63,648 nucleotides of DNA from Paracoccaceae bacterium. Lineage in GTDB: Bacteria > Pseudomonadota > Alphaproteobacteria > Rhodobacterales > Rhodobacteraceae. Within the stretch, counting starts at the first letter, position 1. Each line of letters opens with the position of its first letter. The stretch lies in contig JASJCC010000001.1 of assembly GCA_030066175.1 (NCBI GenBank), positions 1 to 63,648 on the forward strand. Direction: 5' to 3'. Shown piece after piece: positions 1 to 10,039 of the stretch. Under the pieces are notes generated by a model. That model ran no database searches and had not been told where the DNA came from. It worked only from the letters and a program-made list of their open reading frames with translations. The position numbers and the translations under genes are program-made.

Positions 1-1061
1 CCGCGGCGTTTGTAGCGGTCAAAGATAATCAGATCGAAATCCTCGATCTTTTCCAGGAACAGCTCACGCGTCGGGAAGGCGATCAGCGACAATTCGTTGA
101 CCGGCACGCCGTCCTGCTTTTCCGGTGGGCGCAGGATGGTGAAGTGCACCAGATCGACCGAGCTGTCGGATTTCAGAAGGTTGCGCCAGGTGCGCCCGCC
201 GGCATGCGGTTCCCCCGACACCAGCAGCACGCGCAGCCGGTCACGCACGCCGTTGATCTGCACAAGGGCGGTGTTGTTGCGGTCGGTCAGCTCGCCCTCG
301 GCCTCGGGCACGGTGAACTGGATCACGTTCAGCCCGCCATGTGGCAGGGTGACCGGCAGTGTCATGTCCTCGCCGATGGGCACATTGAAACGCTGCGGGT
401 CAGCCCCGTCGACCGAGATGAGCAAGGGCGTTTCGGTGTCCGCAGGGGCAGCGCCATCATCCTCGATCCGAATGGTCAGCTCGACCGGTTCACCAAGGAT
501 GGCAAAGGCCGGCGCGTTGCGGACGGTCAGGCGGCGGTCCCAATCGGTATCGCGCCCGGTCAGCAAGAGGTGCAAAGGTGCCGGCAGGTCGGGCGCGCGT
601 TCCAGATCGTGCAGGCGGCCGTCGGACAACAGCAAGATCCCGGCGATGCGGCCGCGCGGCTCTTCGGCCATGGCAGCCGACAGCGTGGTCATCAACTGTG
701 TGCCGGTGTCGCCTTCGCCGTCGCCGACAGGGATACGGCGGATCTCGGTATTGGGGCGCGCGGCGATCCGGGCCTCAAGCGCGTCAGCCGCCTCGGCCGT
801 GACACCGGCGCGTTCGGCCAGTTGCTGGCTGGCGCTTTCATCGACGACCATCAGCACGATGTCCGACAGCGGCGCACGGTCTTCAATCTGGTAGCTCGGC
901 TGGGTCAAAGCACCGATCAGCACGATCCCGGCCAAGGCGCGTAAAGCCCAACCAGAGAGCCCGCGCCACAGCGCCAGGATCACCCCGGTCAGCGCAATCG
1001 CAGCAAGGCCCCAAATCAGCGGCCAGGGCAGAAGCGGATCAAAGACGATGTTTCCGGTCAT
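1..1061 (-). CDS. Membrane protein, last gene of the MoxR/Bat-like operon. The gene runs off the window edge, so its C-terminal end is missing.
   Basis: Absent from the ORF track because it is open at the window edge. Manual reverse translation from ATG 1061-1059 gives MTGNIVFDPLLPWPLIWGLAAIALTGVILALWRG. The same frame at the window edge reads ...FLEKIEDFDLIIFDRYKRR. There is an ATGA start/stop overlap with the upstream gene (stop 1058-1060). The + strand ORFs 97..894 and 144..944 look like antisense shadows. Confidence 0.7.
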   Translation of the reverse strand, partial: MTGNIVFDPLLPWPLIWGLAAIALTGVILALWRGLSGWALRALAGIVLIGALTQPSYQIEDRAPLSDIVLMVVDESASQQLAERAGVTAEAADALEARIAARPNTEIRRIPVGDGEGDTGTQLMTTLSAAMAEEPRGRIAGILLLSDGRLHDLERAPDLPAPLHLLLTGRDTDWDRRLTVRNAPAFAILGEPVELTIRIEDDGAAPADTETPLLISVDGADPQRFNVPIGEDMTLPVTLPHGGLNVIQFTVPEAEGELTDRNNTALVQINGVRDRLRVLLVSGEPHAGGRTWRNLLKSDSSVDLVHFTILRPPEKQDGVPVNELSLIAFPTRELFLEKIEDFDLIIFDRYKRR

Positions 1062-3811
1062 TGGCCCAACCTGTCGAGAAGTGCGGGCACATGCACCTGA
1101 TCGGATTTGTAGTTGCCGGTCAGCACATGCATCACGAGGTTCACGCCAAAGCGATAGGCGATCTCACGCTGGCGTTCGCCGCTGAAACCTCGGCCCACGG
1201 GCACCAGCGCGTTGCCGCGTTCATCCATCGCCCAGGCCGAGGCCCAGTCATTGCCGCCGATCACCACCGGGGTGACGTTGTCGTTGAGGTTGCGGAACGG
1301 CATACCCTCGATCAGCTCGGCATCGGGTGGGGCGGCTTCGACCCAGACATCGCGACCCAGGTAGCGCCCGGGGAAATCCTGCAGCAGGTAAAAGGTGCGG
1401 GTCAGCACGTGGTCCTGCGGGATCGGCTCCAGCGGCGGGATGTCCAGCGGGCGCGCCAGCGCCTGCAGCTTGCGGCCATTGGTGCTGGCCGACCCAAAGC
1501 CGGCGATATCCGCATCCCGCGTGTCAAACAGGATCATGCCGCCCGACCGCAGATAGGTGTTCAGCTTGGCATAGGCAGCCTCGGACGGGGTCGGCTGATC
1601 TGGGGTGATCGGCCAGTAGAGGAAGGGGAAGAAGGCGAGCTCATCATCTTCCAGATCAACTCCGACAGGGTCGGCGGGCTCAACGGATGTGCGGAAGAAC
1701 AGCATCTCGGACAGTCCGCGCAGGCCGGCCTGGGCCAGCTGGTCGAGCCGTTCATCCCCGGTCAACACATGGGCCAGCACCACTTCCGCCGTAGCGGCCA
1801 AGGCAAAGTCATCCTGCGCTTTGGCCTGTTGTGGCAGCATCGCCGCCGCCAGCACGACCACCGCCGCGGCCTTGGCCGCGCGCAGCCGTCCAGACAGCGC
1901 CAGCGAGGCGAGCACATCCGCCAAGAGCAGCAGGATCGTCAGGCCCAAGAGCCACCCGGCCAAGGGCCGTTCCTGCGGGCGAGTCAGTCCCTGTACCTCG
2001 ATCCTTGCGGGCCAGATCGCAGGCGTCAGCACGGTGTCGGCGCTGATCACGTTGCGCGCAAGGTTGCGATCGGCGCCTTGATAGAGACCGGGCCGCAAGT
2101 CGGGGCTGAGCGGGGCAGCAATCAGGTCTTCGCCAGCGACACCGGGCAGGGTGCCGCCATCGACCAGCGTGCCAAAGCCATCGAGCACCTCGACCGGCTG
2201 CCAGACCGTGCCGACCAGGTCTTCGGGATCGGGCTGCGCGGGGGTCGACGACACCGCTAGCCGCTCCAGCATTTGCACGAAGAGGCCCGACAGAGGCAGC
2301 GACGACCATTCCGCATTCGCGGTCACGTGGAAGAGCACGATCTGCCCTTGGCCGACGCGTTTGCGGGTGACCAACGGTGTGCCGTCAGACAGCTGGGCGA
2401 TGACGCGTTCGGCCAATGTCGGGTCGGGCTGCGCCATGACTTGGGCGGTTACCGTCACGTCCGGGGGCACTTGCAGGCCAAAGAAGGGAGAGTCCTCGTC
2501 GAAGGGCGCCAGCGCCTTCGGTTCGCCCCAGCTCATCGCGCCGCCCACGGTGCGGCCGCCGGCGCGCAGGCGCACCGGCATCAGCGCGTCCTCGGCATCT
2601 CGGCTGACATCGCTGGCCGCCAGACGCGGGCCGGCAAAGCGCAAGAGCATCCCGCCCTTGTCGAGCCATTCGGTCAAAGCGGCCTCTTCTGCCGTGCTGA
2701 GCGTTGCGACGTCAGCGAGGATGATCACATCCGGGTTGGCGGGTAGGATGTCGAGCAAGTTGCCGTCCAACAGGTCGGCTGTTGGAATCAAAGCCTTTTG
2801 CAGGTAGTGCAGGGGCGACAGCAGCTCCAGCCCCTCACGGTCCTGCCGCCCGGCGATCAGGGCAACCTCACGGCGGCGCAGGCTGTCATCAGGTAGGGCC
2901 ACGGCACCGGCACTGCGGGCGCCGTCGATCTCAAACCGGGTGATCCGGGCGCGCAGCTCGGCCGGGACCGAGAGCTCCAAGGTCGTCGTGGTTTCACCGG
3001 CGGTAAAGGTCACGGGATTGCGCAGCAGCACCGCCGGGTTGCCGGCGGGGTCGAGCCCGCGTCCCGCCAAGGACACCTCCGTCTCAGGCCCTTCGCGCAG
3101 GCGGCGCAGGGTCAGAAGCAGGTTGCCATCGGCAAACTGCGCGGGCTCCAGCGCATAAAGCGACCGCGGGCTTTCGAACACCGTCACGTCGCCGCGGTTC
3201 TCAAGTGCTGCCAGCATCGCCTCACGCCCGTCCCGCGCCAGGGCATCCGACAGCCAATAGCTGTCAAACTCGCTTTCCGGCAGCATCGCTTGCGCGCGGG
3301 TGATGGCCTCAATGCTCGGCTCCCACGGTTCGGGCACCAGGCCCGACAGGCGCGACCGAACCACATCGGCGCTGAGAAACTGCACCGGTTCAGGCGCCGA
3401 CAGGCGCATCACACCAACGGGCCGGCCTTCGCGTGCAGCGCGGGCCAAGAGGCCGTCCAACGCCACCTCGCGCGCGCGCCAATCCGAGGCGCTGGCCCAG
3501 CTGGCGTCCATTACGACGAGTAGCGGCCCGGTCCCAGGCGCCTCGTCCTCATCCACAGGGTTCAGGATCGGGCCTGCGAGCCCGATGATCACCGCCGCCA
3601 CCGCCAGCATCCGCAACAAGAGCAGCCACCAAGGCGTGCGATCGCTGACCTGTTCCTCGTCCTTCAGGCCCAGCAGAAGCACCACGCCAGGGAACATTCG
3701 GCGGAGCGGCGCCGGCGGCACCGCGCGCAGGATGATCCACAGGATCGGCAGCGTCAGGAGGCCCAGCAATAGCCAGGGTGTGGTGAATCCGATGGCGCCG
3801 AAAAGGGTCAT
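1058..3811 (-). CDS. Large membrane protein with an N-terminal double-transmembrane (BatA-like) region and a DUF4159-like C-terminus
   Basis: ORF 1058..3844. The likely start is MTLFGAIGFTTPWLLLGLLTLPILW (ATG 3811), which overlaps the DUF58 gene stop as ATGA. The C-terminal GGNDWASAWAMD...NYKSDQVHVPALLDRLGQ is typical of this family. The gene sits in operon context after MoxR and DUF58. Confidence 0.8.
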   Translation of the reverse strand: MTLFGAIGFTTPWLLLGLLTLPILWIILRAVPPAPLRRMFPGVVLLLGLKDEEQVSDRTPWWLLLLRMLAVAAVIIGLAGPILNPVDEDEAPGTGPLLVVMDASWASASDWRAREVALDGLLARAAREGRPVGVMRLSAPEPVQFLSADVVRSRLSGLVPEPWEPSIEAITRAQAMLPESEFDSYWLSDALARDGREAMLAALENRGDVTVFESPRSLYALEPAQFADGNLLLTLRRLREGPETEVSLAGRGLDPAGNPAVLLRNPVTFTAGETTTTLELSVPAELRARITRFEIDGARSAGAVALPDDSLRRREVALIAGRQDREGLELLSPLHYLQKALIPTADLLDGNLLDILPANPDVIILADVATLSTAEEAALTEWLDKGGMLLRFAGPRLAASDVSRDAEDALMPVRLRAGGRTVGGAMSWGEPKALAPFDEDSPFFGLQVPPDVTVTAQVMAQPDPTLAERVIAQLSDGTPLVTRKRVGQGQIVLFHVTANAEWSSLPLSGLFVQMLERLAVSSTPAQPDPEDLVGTVWQPVEVLDGFGTLVDGGTLPGVAGEDLIAAPLSPDLRPGLYQGADRNLARNVISADTVLTPAIWPARIEVQGLTRPQERPLAGWLLGLTILLLLADVLASLALSGRLRAAKAAAVVVLAAAMLPQQAKAQDDFALAATAEVVLAHVLTGDERLDQLAQAGLRGLSEMLFFRTSVEPADPVGVDLEDDELAFFPFLYWPITPDQPTPSEAAYAKLNTYLRSGGMILFDTRDADIAGFGSASTNGRKLQALARPLDIPPLEPIPQDHVLTRTFYLLQDFPGRYLGRDVWVEAAPPDAELIEGMPFRNLNDNVTPVVIGGNDWASAWAMDERGNALVPVGRGFSGERQREIAYRFGVNLVMHVLTGNYKSDQVHVPALLDRLGQ

Positions 3812-4686
3812 CCGTGGCCTCCATCCATCGCGCGATAGACCCACATCAGGGCGTTTTGCGCGCTATCATTGGTGTGGTGGCACTGATATTGCCAGCCTGT
3901 CAAACGGCAGAGCGAATTGAGCCGCGCTTTGCGTTCGGCCAGCCGGTCCAGATACCGCTCGCGCAGCTCACCCGCTTTCAGCGTCTCATGCGCCAGCGTG
4001 CCGCCGACGCTTTCAAAGATCGTGCGGCCCTCGTAGGGGAAGGATTCTTCGCTGGGGTCCAGCACCTGCAACAGCACCCCGCGCACGCCACGGTCAGCGG
4101 CCTTGGTCAGAGCTGCCTCGACCGGGTCGATATCCCCCAGAAAGTCCGACACAAACAAAGCGCGCGAATGCGGCAGCATGCCCCGCGCCTCGGGCTCGGC
4201 ATAGTCGGCGTCATCCTCGCCGCAGAATGCCTCGGCGAGGCGCAGCACTTGGATGTCGCCCCGGCGCGGCGGCAGGGTGGCACCGGTCAGCCCGACGCGC
4301 TCGCCGCCACGGATCAGCAGAATGGCCGCCGACAGCGCCACAAGCCGTGCGCGATCTGCCTTGGTCGGCAGGTTCTTGTCCGAGGCAAAGCGCATCGAGG
4401 CACCGGGATCGACCCACAAGAGAACGCTTTGCGCGATCTGCCATTCATGTTCGCGGACAAACTGTTCGTCACCCTTGGCCGAACGCCGCCAGTCGATGTT
4501 GCGATAGCTGTCACCCGCCCGCAGCGGCCGGTACTGCCAGAACGCGTCGCCCATGCCCGAGCGGCGCCGGCCATGTTCGCCCAGCAGGACGGTGCCTGCC
4601 AGATGCTCGGCCCGCGCCAAAAGCGCTGGGAACCGGCTGGCCTCTTCCTGGGCGCGCCGGCGAAGCTGGGCGACGTTGGAGCTCAA
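3808..4686 (-). CDS. DUF58 domain-containing protein (MoxR-operon partner)
   Basis: 292-aa ORF with the motif YRPLRAGDSYRNIDWRRSAKGDEQFVRE. The TTG start at 4686 overlaps the MoxR stop (4683-4685). Confidence 0.85.
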   Translation of the reverse strand: MSSNVAQLRRRAQEEASRFPALLARAEHLAGTVLLGEHGRRRSGMGDAFWQYRPLRAGDSYRNIDWRRSAKGDEQFVREHEWQIAQSVLLWVDPGASMRFASDKNLPTKADRARLVALSAAILLIRGGERVGLTGATLPPRRGDIQVLRLAEAFCGEDDADYAEPEARGMLPHSRALFVSDFLGDIDPVEAALTKAADRGVRGVLLQVLDPSEESFPYEGRTIFESVGGTLAHETLKAGELRERYLDRLAERKARLNSLCRLTGWQYQCHHTNDSAQNALMWVYRAMDGGHG

Positions 4687-5684
4687 GCCGCGGCCTCGGT
4701 CCGCCGCATCTGGTTTGCGACCTCGTCGATCAGCGCGCCAAGATCATCCCCACGCGCACGCGCCGAGAAGGTCAGCGCCATGCGGTGCACCAGCACCGGA
4801 CGCGCCATGTCGATCACGTCTTCGGGTGAGGGCGCCAGCCGGCCTTGCAAGAGCGCGCGCGCCCGCACCGTCAGCATCAGCGCCTGCGCTGCCCGCGGGC
4901 CGGGGCCCCAGGCCACGGTTTCGCGCACCCGTTCGCTTGCCGCCGGATCGCCGGGGCGGAAGGCGCGCACCAGATCAAGGATCATCTCGACCACCGCGTC
5001 CCCCACGGGCATCCGGCGCAAGAGGTGCTGTGCGGCGATCAGCGCCGGGCCGTCAAACACCTGATGCGCCTCGGCCTCTTCGGTGCCGGTGGTGGCCAGC
5101 AGGATGTCCTTTTCGGTGTCGCGATCCGGATAGGCCACGTCGATCTGCACAAGGAAACGGTCAAGCTGCGCCTCTGGCAGCGGATAGGTGCCCTCTTGTT
5201 CAATCGGGTTCTGCGTTGCCAGCACGTGGAACGGCGCCTCAAGCGTGCGCGTCTCACCCGCGACGGTGACGACCTTTTCCTGCATCGCTTGCAGCAGCGC
5301 CGATTGCGTCCGGGGGGAGGCGCGGTTGATCTCATCCGCCATCAGAAGCTGGCAGAAGATTGGCCCTTCGATGAACTTGAATGCCCGGCTGCCATCGGCG
5401 CCGGTTTCCAAGACTTCCGAGCCCAGAATATCGGCCGGCATCAGGTCCGGTGTGAACTGGATTCGATTGCCGTTGAGGCCCATCACCGTGCTCAGCGTCT
5501 CCACCAGACGGGTCTTGCCCAGCCCCGGCAGGCCGATCAGCAGCCCGTGCCCGCCACACAAAAGCGCCGACAACGTCAGGTCCACCACCCGTTCTTGCCC
5601 GATAAAGCGGCGGGTGATCGCGCGCTTGGCCTCGGCCAGTTTATCTTCCAGTGCCTCAATCTCGGCAACCAGATCCTCGGCCAT
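4683..5684 (-). CDS. MoxR-family AAA+ ATPase
   Basis: ORF 4683..5765. The probable start is MAEDLVAEIEALEDKL (ATG 5684). Walker A is GLPGLGKT, and LLMADEINRASPRTQSALLQAMQE is the MoxR hallmark. Confidence 0.9.
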   Translation of the reverse strand: MAEDLVAEIEALEDKLAEAKRAITRRFIGQERVVDLTLSALLCGGHGLLIGLPGLGKTRLVETLSTVMGLNGNRIQFTPDLMPADILGSEVLETGADGSRAFKFIEGPIFCQLLMADEINRASPRTQSALLQAMQEKVVTVAGETRTLEAPFHVLATQNPIEQEGTYPLPEAQLDRFLVQIDVAYPDRDTEKDILLATTGTEEAEAHQVFDGPALIAAQHLLRRMPVGDAVVEMILDLVRAFRPGDPAASERVRETVAWGPGPRAAQALMLTVRARALLQGRLAPSPEDVIDMARPVLVHRMALTFSARARGDDLGALIDEVANQMRRTEAAA

Positions 5685-5741
5685 GACACGTCTCCCTTGC
5701 AAACTAGGTCTTCGGGTAAGAGTGTATCTCGCGGCAAGGAA

Positions 5742-6332
5742 ATGGCAAAAGCAATGAGCACACAAAATCTCGTGACAACCTCGGCAGAAGGGATTGCCGC
5801 CTCGGCGCGCGCTGTGCAGGGCAGGGGCTTACCCCCTGTGCACAAATGGAATCCGCCGTTCTGCGGTGACCTGGATATGCGGATCGCGCGGGATGGCACC
5901 TGGTTCTATTTGGGCACACCGATTGGGCGGTTTGAGCTGGTGAAGCTGTTTTCGTCGATCCTGCGCAAGGATGGGGATCAGTATTTCCTGGTCACTCCGG
6001 TCGAAAAGGTGGGAATCACCGTCGATGACGCGCCGTTTGTGGCGACGGATTTTGCCATTGCGGGGGAAGGTGCGGATCAGGTTTTGACCTTTGAGACCCA
6101 TGTGGGGGATTTTGCCACCGCCGGGCCCGAGCATCCGATCCGCGTGGACCGCGATCCCGACACCGGCGAACCCGCGCCTTACGTGCTGATCCGCGCCAAC
6201 CTCGAGGCGTTGATCGACCGCAAGAGCTTTTATCGCTTGGTCGAGCTTGGCGCGCATCACGAGGGCTGGTTTGGCGTGTGGTCGTTGGGGCAGTTCTTTC
6301 CGATGATCCCGTCGGATGAGCTGCCGGATTAA
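5742..6332 (+). CDS. DUF1285 domain-containing protein
   Basis: This is the 3' part of ORF 4845..6332. The realistic start is MAKAMSTQ (ATG 5742, alternative 5754). The conserved stretch PPVHKWNPPFCGDLDMRIARDGTWFYLGTPIGR... is typical of DUF1285. Confidence 0.75.
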   Translation: MAKAMSTQNLVTTSAEGIAASARAVQGRGLPPVHKWNPPFCGDLDMRIARDGTWFYLGTPIGRFELVKLFSSILRKDGDQYFLVTPVEKVGITVDDAPFVATDFAIAGEGADQVLTFETHVGDFATAGPEHPIRVDRDPDTGEPAPYVLIRANLEALIDRKSFYRLVELGAHHEGWFGVWSLGQFFPMIPSDELPD

Positions 6333-6334
6333 GC

Positions 6335-7099
6335 GTGATCCGGCTGGCTGCCAACATCACCCTGCTGGACTGGGGGCTGCCCCTGTTGGACCGTGTTTCT
6401 AAGGCGGGGCGAAGAGGCTTTGACGGGGTGGAGTGCCTGTTTCCCTACGCCGAACCTGCGGCGGTGTGGGTGGGGGAGTTGGAGGCGGCTGGGCTGCCCA
6501 TGGCGCTGATCAACACCCCAGCGCCGGATTGGGACGATGGCGACCGCGGCTGTGCGGCGATCCCGGGGCGAGAGGCGGTGTTCGCGGCGCAATTTGCCGA
6601 GGCCTGCGCCTATGCGCGCCAGATGGGGTGTAAGCGCATGCACGTGATGTCGGGGATCACGTCAGACCCGCGCGCCTTTGACCTGCTGGTGGCCAGTCTT
6701 CGCCTGGCCGCCCGCGCCGCGCCCGACCTGACCTTGCTGATCGAGCCGTTGAACCCGAAGGACATGCCGGGCTATGTCCTCAACGATTATGATCTTGCAG
6801 TGGAGGTTCTAAAGGCCGTCGATTGCGCCAATGTAGGCCTGCAATTCGACACATGGCACGCGTTGCACATCCACGGTGATCCGCTGGCGGTTTGGGAAAA
6901 GCACCAAAGCCACGTGCGCCACGTCCAAATCTCAGGCTGGCAGGCCCGTGGCGCCCCCGACCTGACGCGCCCGGAAGAAGCCGGTTTGCTCAGGGCCATC
7001 GGCAGAGGTGTCTATGACGGCTGGGTCAGTGCCGAATACTTCGACGCACCGGATGCACCAACTGACTGGTTAAACCGCGCAAACAAGCTGCTGGCTTAG
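6335..7099 (+). CDS. Hydroxypyruvate isomerase-like / xylose-isomerase-fold TIM-barrel protein
   Basis: 254-aa ORF with a GTG start. It shows the family pattern (LAANITLL..., FDGVECLFPY, HVMSG, LLIEPLN, QFDTWH). Confidence 0.7.
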   Translation: MIRLAANITLLDWGLPLLDRVSKAGRRGFDGVECLFPYAEPAAVWVGELEAAGLPMALINTPAPDWDDGDRGCAAIPGREAVFAAQFAEACAYARQMGCKRMHVMSGITSDPRAFDLLVASLRLAARAAPDLTLLIEPLNPKDMPGYVLNDYDLAVEVLKAVDCANVGLQFDTWHALHIHGDPLAVWEKHQSHVRHVQISGWQARGAPDLTRPEEAGLLRAIGRGVYDGWVSAEYFDAPDAPTDWLNRANKLLA

Positions 7100-7914
7100 T
7101 CGCCCAGCTTAGCGTGCACCTCGTCCAGATCGATCTCGCCGACCGGCATCTTGTTCGACGGATCGTCGAAATCGTATTTGAAGAGCTGGAAGTCGCGCCA
7201 ATAGATCTCGCGGATCAGGTGCATCGACAGATCGTCGAAATAATCCTCGACCGGGTGGGCGCGCTTGGGGCCGTGGCCTTCGGATTCGTTGAAGCGCGGA
7301 ATGCCGGCAAGATCGATCTTGTGCGGGGTTTCGACCGCGTCGAGCACTTGCTGCATGCCGTCGTTGAACTGCTCGGTCCAGAAGATGTGGTTATAGCGCC
7401 CGCCATTCACGATGAAGGTGCTGACATGGCCCGACATGGCCGACCAGTGAATGTCAGGCTCCATCGGGCGGCGCCAGCGGATCGTGTCACGGGCAAAGAG
7501 CAGAAAGCGGCGGAACGACTTGATCTGGTCAAACTCCTGCTTGCCGTCCTCACCGCCAACTTCGACGCCGTATTTTTGGATGAGCAGCGGCACCAGGTTG
7601 CCGCGATAGCGTTTACCGTTGCGCTGGATGCCGCAGATCTTGTCAAAGAACGACGACAGGATGCGCGTGTAGGGGTTGCGCACGCAGGTATAGGCAAAGC
7701 TGGTATGGGTTTTGACGTTGGCCTTGATCGCGTGCTGGCTTTCGTCGCGGGCCCATTTGTGCAGGCCTTTTTCGGCGTCGTGAATGTCGCCGTCAAAGAA
7801 CTCACCATGATCGGAGTAGTACATGATCTGACCAATGGTCGAGCAGGCGCATTTCGGGACCACCCGATACACCATACTTTCACTTTCGGTCATCCACGTG
7901 CCTGGAAAGCCCAT
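7096..7914 (-). CDS. Sulfotransferase family protein (Sulfotransfer_2-like)
   Basis: 272-aa ORF. VYRVVPKCACSTIGQIM resembles the PAPS 5'-phosphosulfate-binding loop. A GGAGG sits 8 nt upstream of ATG 7914. The stop overlaps the convergent gene's stop. Confidence 0.65.
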   Translation of the reverse strand: MGFPGTWMTESESMVYRVVPKCACSTIGQIMYYSDHGEFFDGDIHDAEKGLHKWARDESQHAIKANVKTHTSFAYTCVRNPYTRILSSFFDKICGIQRNGKRYRGNLVPLLIQKYGVEVGGEDGKQEFDQIKSFRRFLLFARDTIRWRRPMEPDIHWSAMSGHVSTFIVNGGRYNHIFWTEQFNDGMQQVLDAVETPHKIDLAGIPRFNESEGHGPKRAHPVEDYFDDLSMHLIREIYWRDFQLFKYDFDDPSNKMPVGEIDLDEVHAKLGD

Positions 7915-8057
7915 GCCTGCCGCCTCCGGAACCGCCCGTTTGTTGTTTTCTAGCGTCGCTGTTGTAGCAAAAAAGCAAAGAAAGCTGGTTTATTCAACGC
8001 CTGTTCAGCACTATCAACATAAACAATCGGGCGAAACTAGGGCAGATCGTTTCTTGA

Positions 8058-9635
8058 ATGGCAAAAATCGCCTTCATATTGCTGTGTCACAAAGACCCTG
8101 ACGCCATCATCAAACAGGCGCAGAGTCTGACGGCTGTGGGCGACTATATGTCGATCCATTTCGATGCCCGTGCCAAGCCCGAACACTATCAGAAAATCCG
8201 TAACGCGCTGAAAGACAACCCAAACGTCACCTACGCCAAGAAACGCATCAAGTGCGGCTGGGGCGAGTGGAGCCTGGTGCAGGCAACGCTGCATGCGCTT
8301 GAGGCGGCGGTGGAGGCGTTTCCGCGGGCGACGCATTTCTACATGCTGTCGGGCGACTGCATGGCGATCAAGTCGGCGGAATACGCGCATGAGTTTCTCG
8401 ACCGGCGCGATTGCGACTATGTCGAAAGCTTTGACTATTTTCAGTCCGACTGGATCAAGACCGGCTGGAAGGAAGAGCGGCTGATCTACCGCCACTGGTT
8501 CAACGAACGCACCCAGAAACGCCGGTTTTATGCGATGTTCGAGCTGCAGAAGCGGCTCGGCCTGACGCGCGACATCCCCGAAGACATCGAGGTGATGATC
8601 GGATCACAATGGTGGTGCCTGCGGCGCCGTACGGTGGAGTGGATCCTCGATTTCGCCCGCCGCCGTCCGGATGTGATGCGGTTCTTCCGGACCACCTGGA
8701 TTCCGGACGAGACGTTTTTTCAGACGCTGGTGCGGCATCTGGTGCCGGAGCACGAAATCCAGAGCCGGTCGCTGACTTTTCTGATGTTCACCGATTACGG
8801 CATGCCGGTGGTGTTCTACAACGACCACTACGATCTGCTGCTGAGCCAGGATTTCCTGTTCGCCCGCAAGATCAGCCCGGAAGCGAAAGAGCTGAAACGG
8901 CGTTTGGGGGTGCTTTATGCCTCGGAAGGAGCAAAGTTCCAGATCTCGAACGAGGGGCGGTCTCTGTTCAAGTTCCTGACCGGCAAGGGCCGGATCGGGC
9001 GGCGGTTTGCGCCGCGGTTCTGGGAGACCGAAAGCTCACTCGGCCGTGAACGTGAGCTATTGATCGTCGTCTGCAAGAAGTGGCACGTGGCGAAGCGGCT
9101 GTTGGAGCGCATCCGGCAGATGACCAACATCCCCTGCATCGAGTATCTCTTTAACGAAGACAGCTGCCCGCTGCCGGATCTGGGGGGCATTCAATCGACG
9201 ATGGGCAAGCGGCACCGGCACCGGCGGGCGCTGATGCGGATGCTGTTTGATTACTATGAGACGGACCGCCTGATCGTTTGTATGGACCCGGCGAACCTGG
9301 ACCTGCTGGAGGATTTTGGGCGGGACCGGTCGATCACGCGGATGCTGGAAATCGAGTGCCAGTTCTCTGACGAGTACCTGATTGGCCACGCGATGCGGGT
9401 GGGCCTCGCTGGCGATCGAACACCGACCGAGACGATCGAGCGGTTGTTGCCCACCGTGCGCAACGACATGGTGCATGAAAGCGACCGGATCCGGGACGCG
9501 AATTTCGACAATCATGTGCGATTGCGTGAACTGGATCCGCCAGAGCTTAATGCCAAGGCACTTTCGGATTTCCTGACGGTGAACCATGACCAGGCGCTGG
9601 AAATCGCCAAGACCGATCATCTCTACGCTGATTAA
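8058..9635 (+). CDS. Glycosyltransferase family 14 (core-2/I-branching type) with a long C-terminal extension (DUF5928-like)
   Basis: 525-aa ORF. The N-terminal IAFILLCHKDPDAIIKQAQSL...YMLSGDCMAIKS...GSQWWCLRRRTVEWI pattern matches the Branch/GT14 fold. Confidence 0.65.
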   Translation: MAKIAFILLCHKDPDAIIKQAQSLTAVGDYMSIHFDARAKPEHYQKIRNALKDNPNVTYAKKRIKCGWGEWSLVQATLHALEAAVEAFPRATHFYMLSGDCMAIKSAEYAHEFLDRRDCDYVESFDYFQSDWIKTGWKEERLIYRHWFNERTQKRRFYAMFELQKRLGLTRDIPEDIEVMIGSQWWCLRRRTVEWILDFARRRPDVMRFFRTTWIPDETFFQTLVRHLVPEHEIQSRSLTFLMFTDYGMPVVFYNDHYDLLLSQDFLFARKISPEAKELKRRLGVLYASEGAKFQISNEGRSLFKFLTGKGRIGRRFAPRFWETESSLGRERELLIVVCKKWHVAKRLLERIRQMTNIPCIEYLFNEDSCPLPDLGGIQSTMGKRHRHRRALMRMLFDYYETDRLIVCMDPANLDLLEDFGRDRSITRMLEIECQFSDEYLIGHAMRVGLAGDRTPTETIERLLPTVRNDMVHESDRIRDANFDNHVRLRELDPPELNAKALSDFLTVNHDQALEIAKTDHLYAD

Positions 9636-9670
9636 AGCGTTGATGCAGTCCTATCCGTGAAAGGCCCCAC

Positions 9671-10039
9671 ATGCCCTACAGCTATGATGATCAGAATATC
9701 TTTGCCAAGATCCTGCGGGGTGAGATCCCCAATGACACCGTGCTGGAGACCGAGCACAGCCTGGCGTTCCGGGATATCCGTCCGCAGGCGCCGGTGCATG
9801 TGCTGGTGATCCCGAAAGGGCCTTACGTGACCTATGATCATTTTGCGCAAGAGGCGTCGGATGCCGAGATCGTCGATTTCAACCGGGCGGTCGGCACGGT
9901 CTGTAAAATGGAAGGTGTCGAGGCGGGCGGGTTCCGTCTGATCTCGAACGCCGGTGAGGCCGGGGTGCAAGAGGTGCCGCATCTGCATGTGCACATTTTG
10001 GCCGGGCGTCCCCTGGGACGGATGTTGGCGCGGGCCTGA
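9671..10039 (+). CDS. HIT (histidine triad) family protein
   Basis: 122 aa. NIFAKILRGEIP at the N-terminus and the histidine triad HLHVHIL. Confidence 0.9.
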   Translation: MPYSYDDQNIFAKILRGEIPNDTVLETEHSLAFRDIRPQAPVHVLVIPKGPYVTYDHFAQEASDAEIVDFNRAVGTVCKMEGVEAGGFRLISNAGEAGVQEVPHLHVHILAGRPLGRMLARA

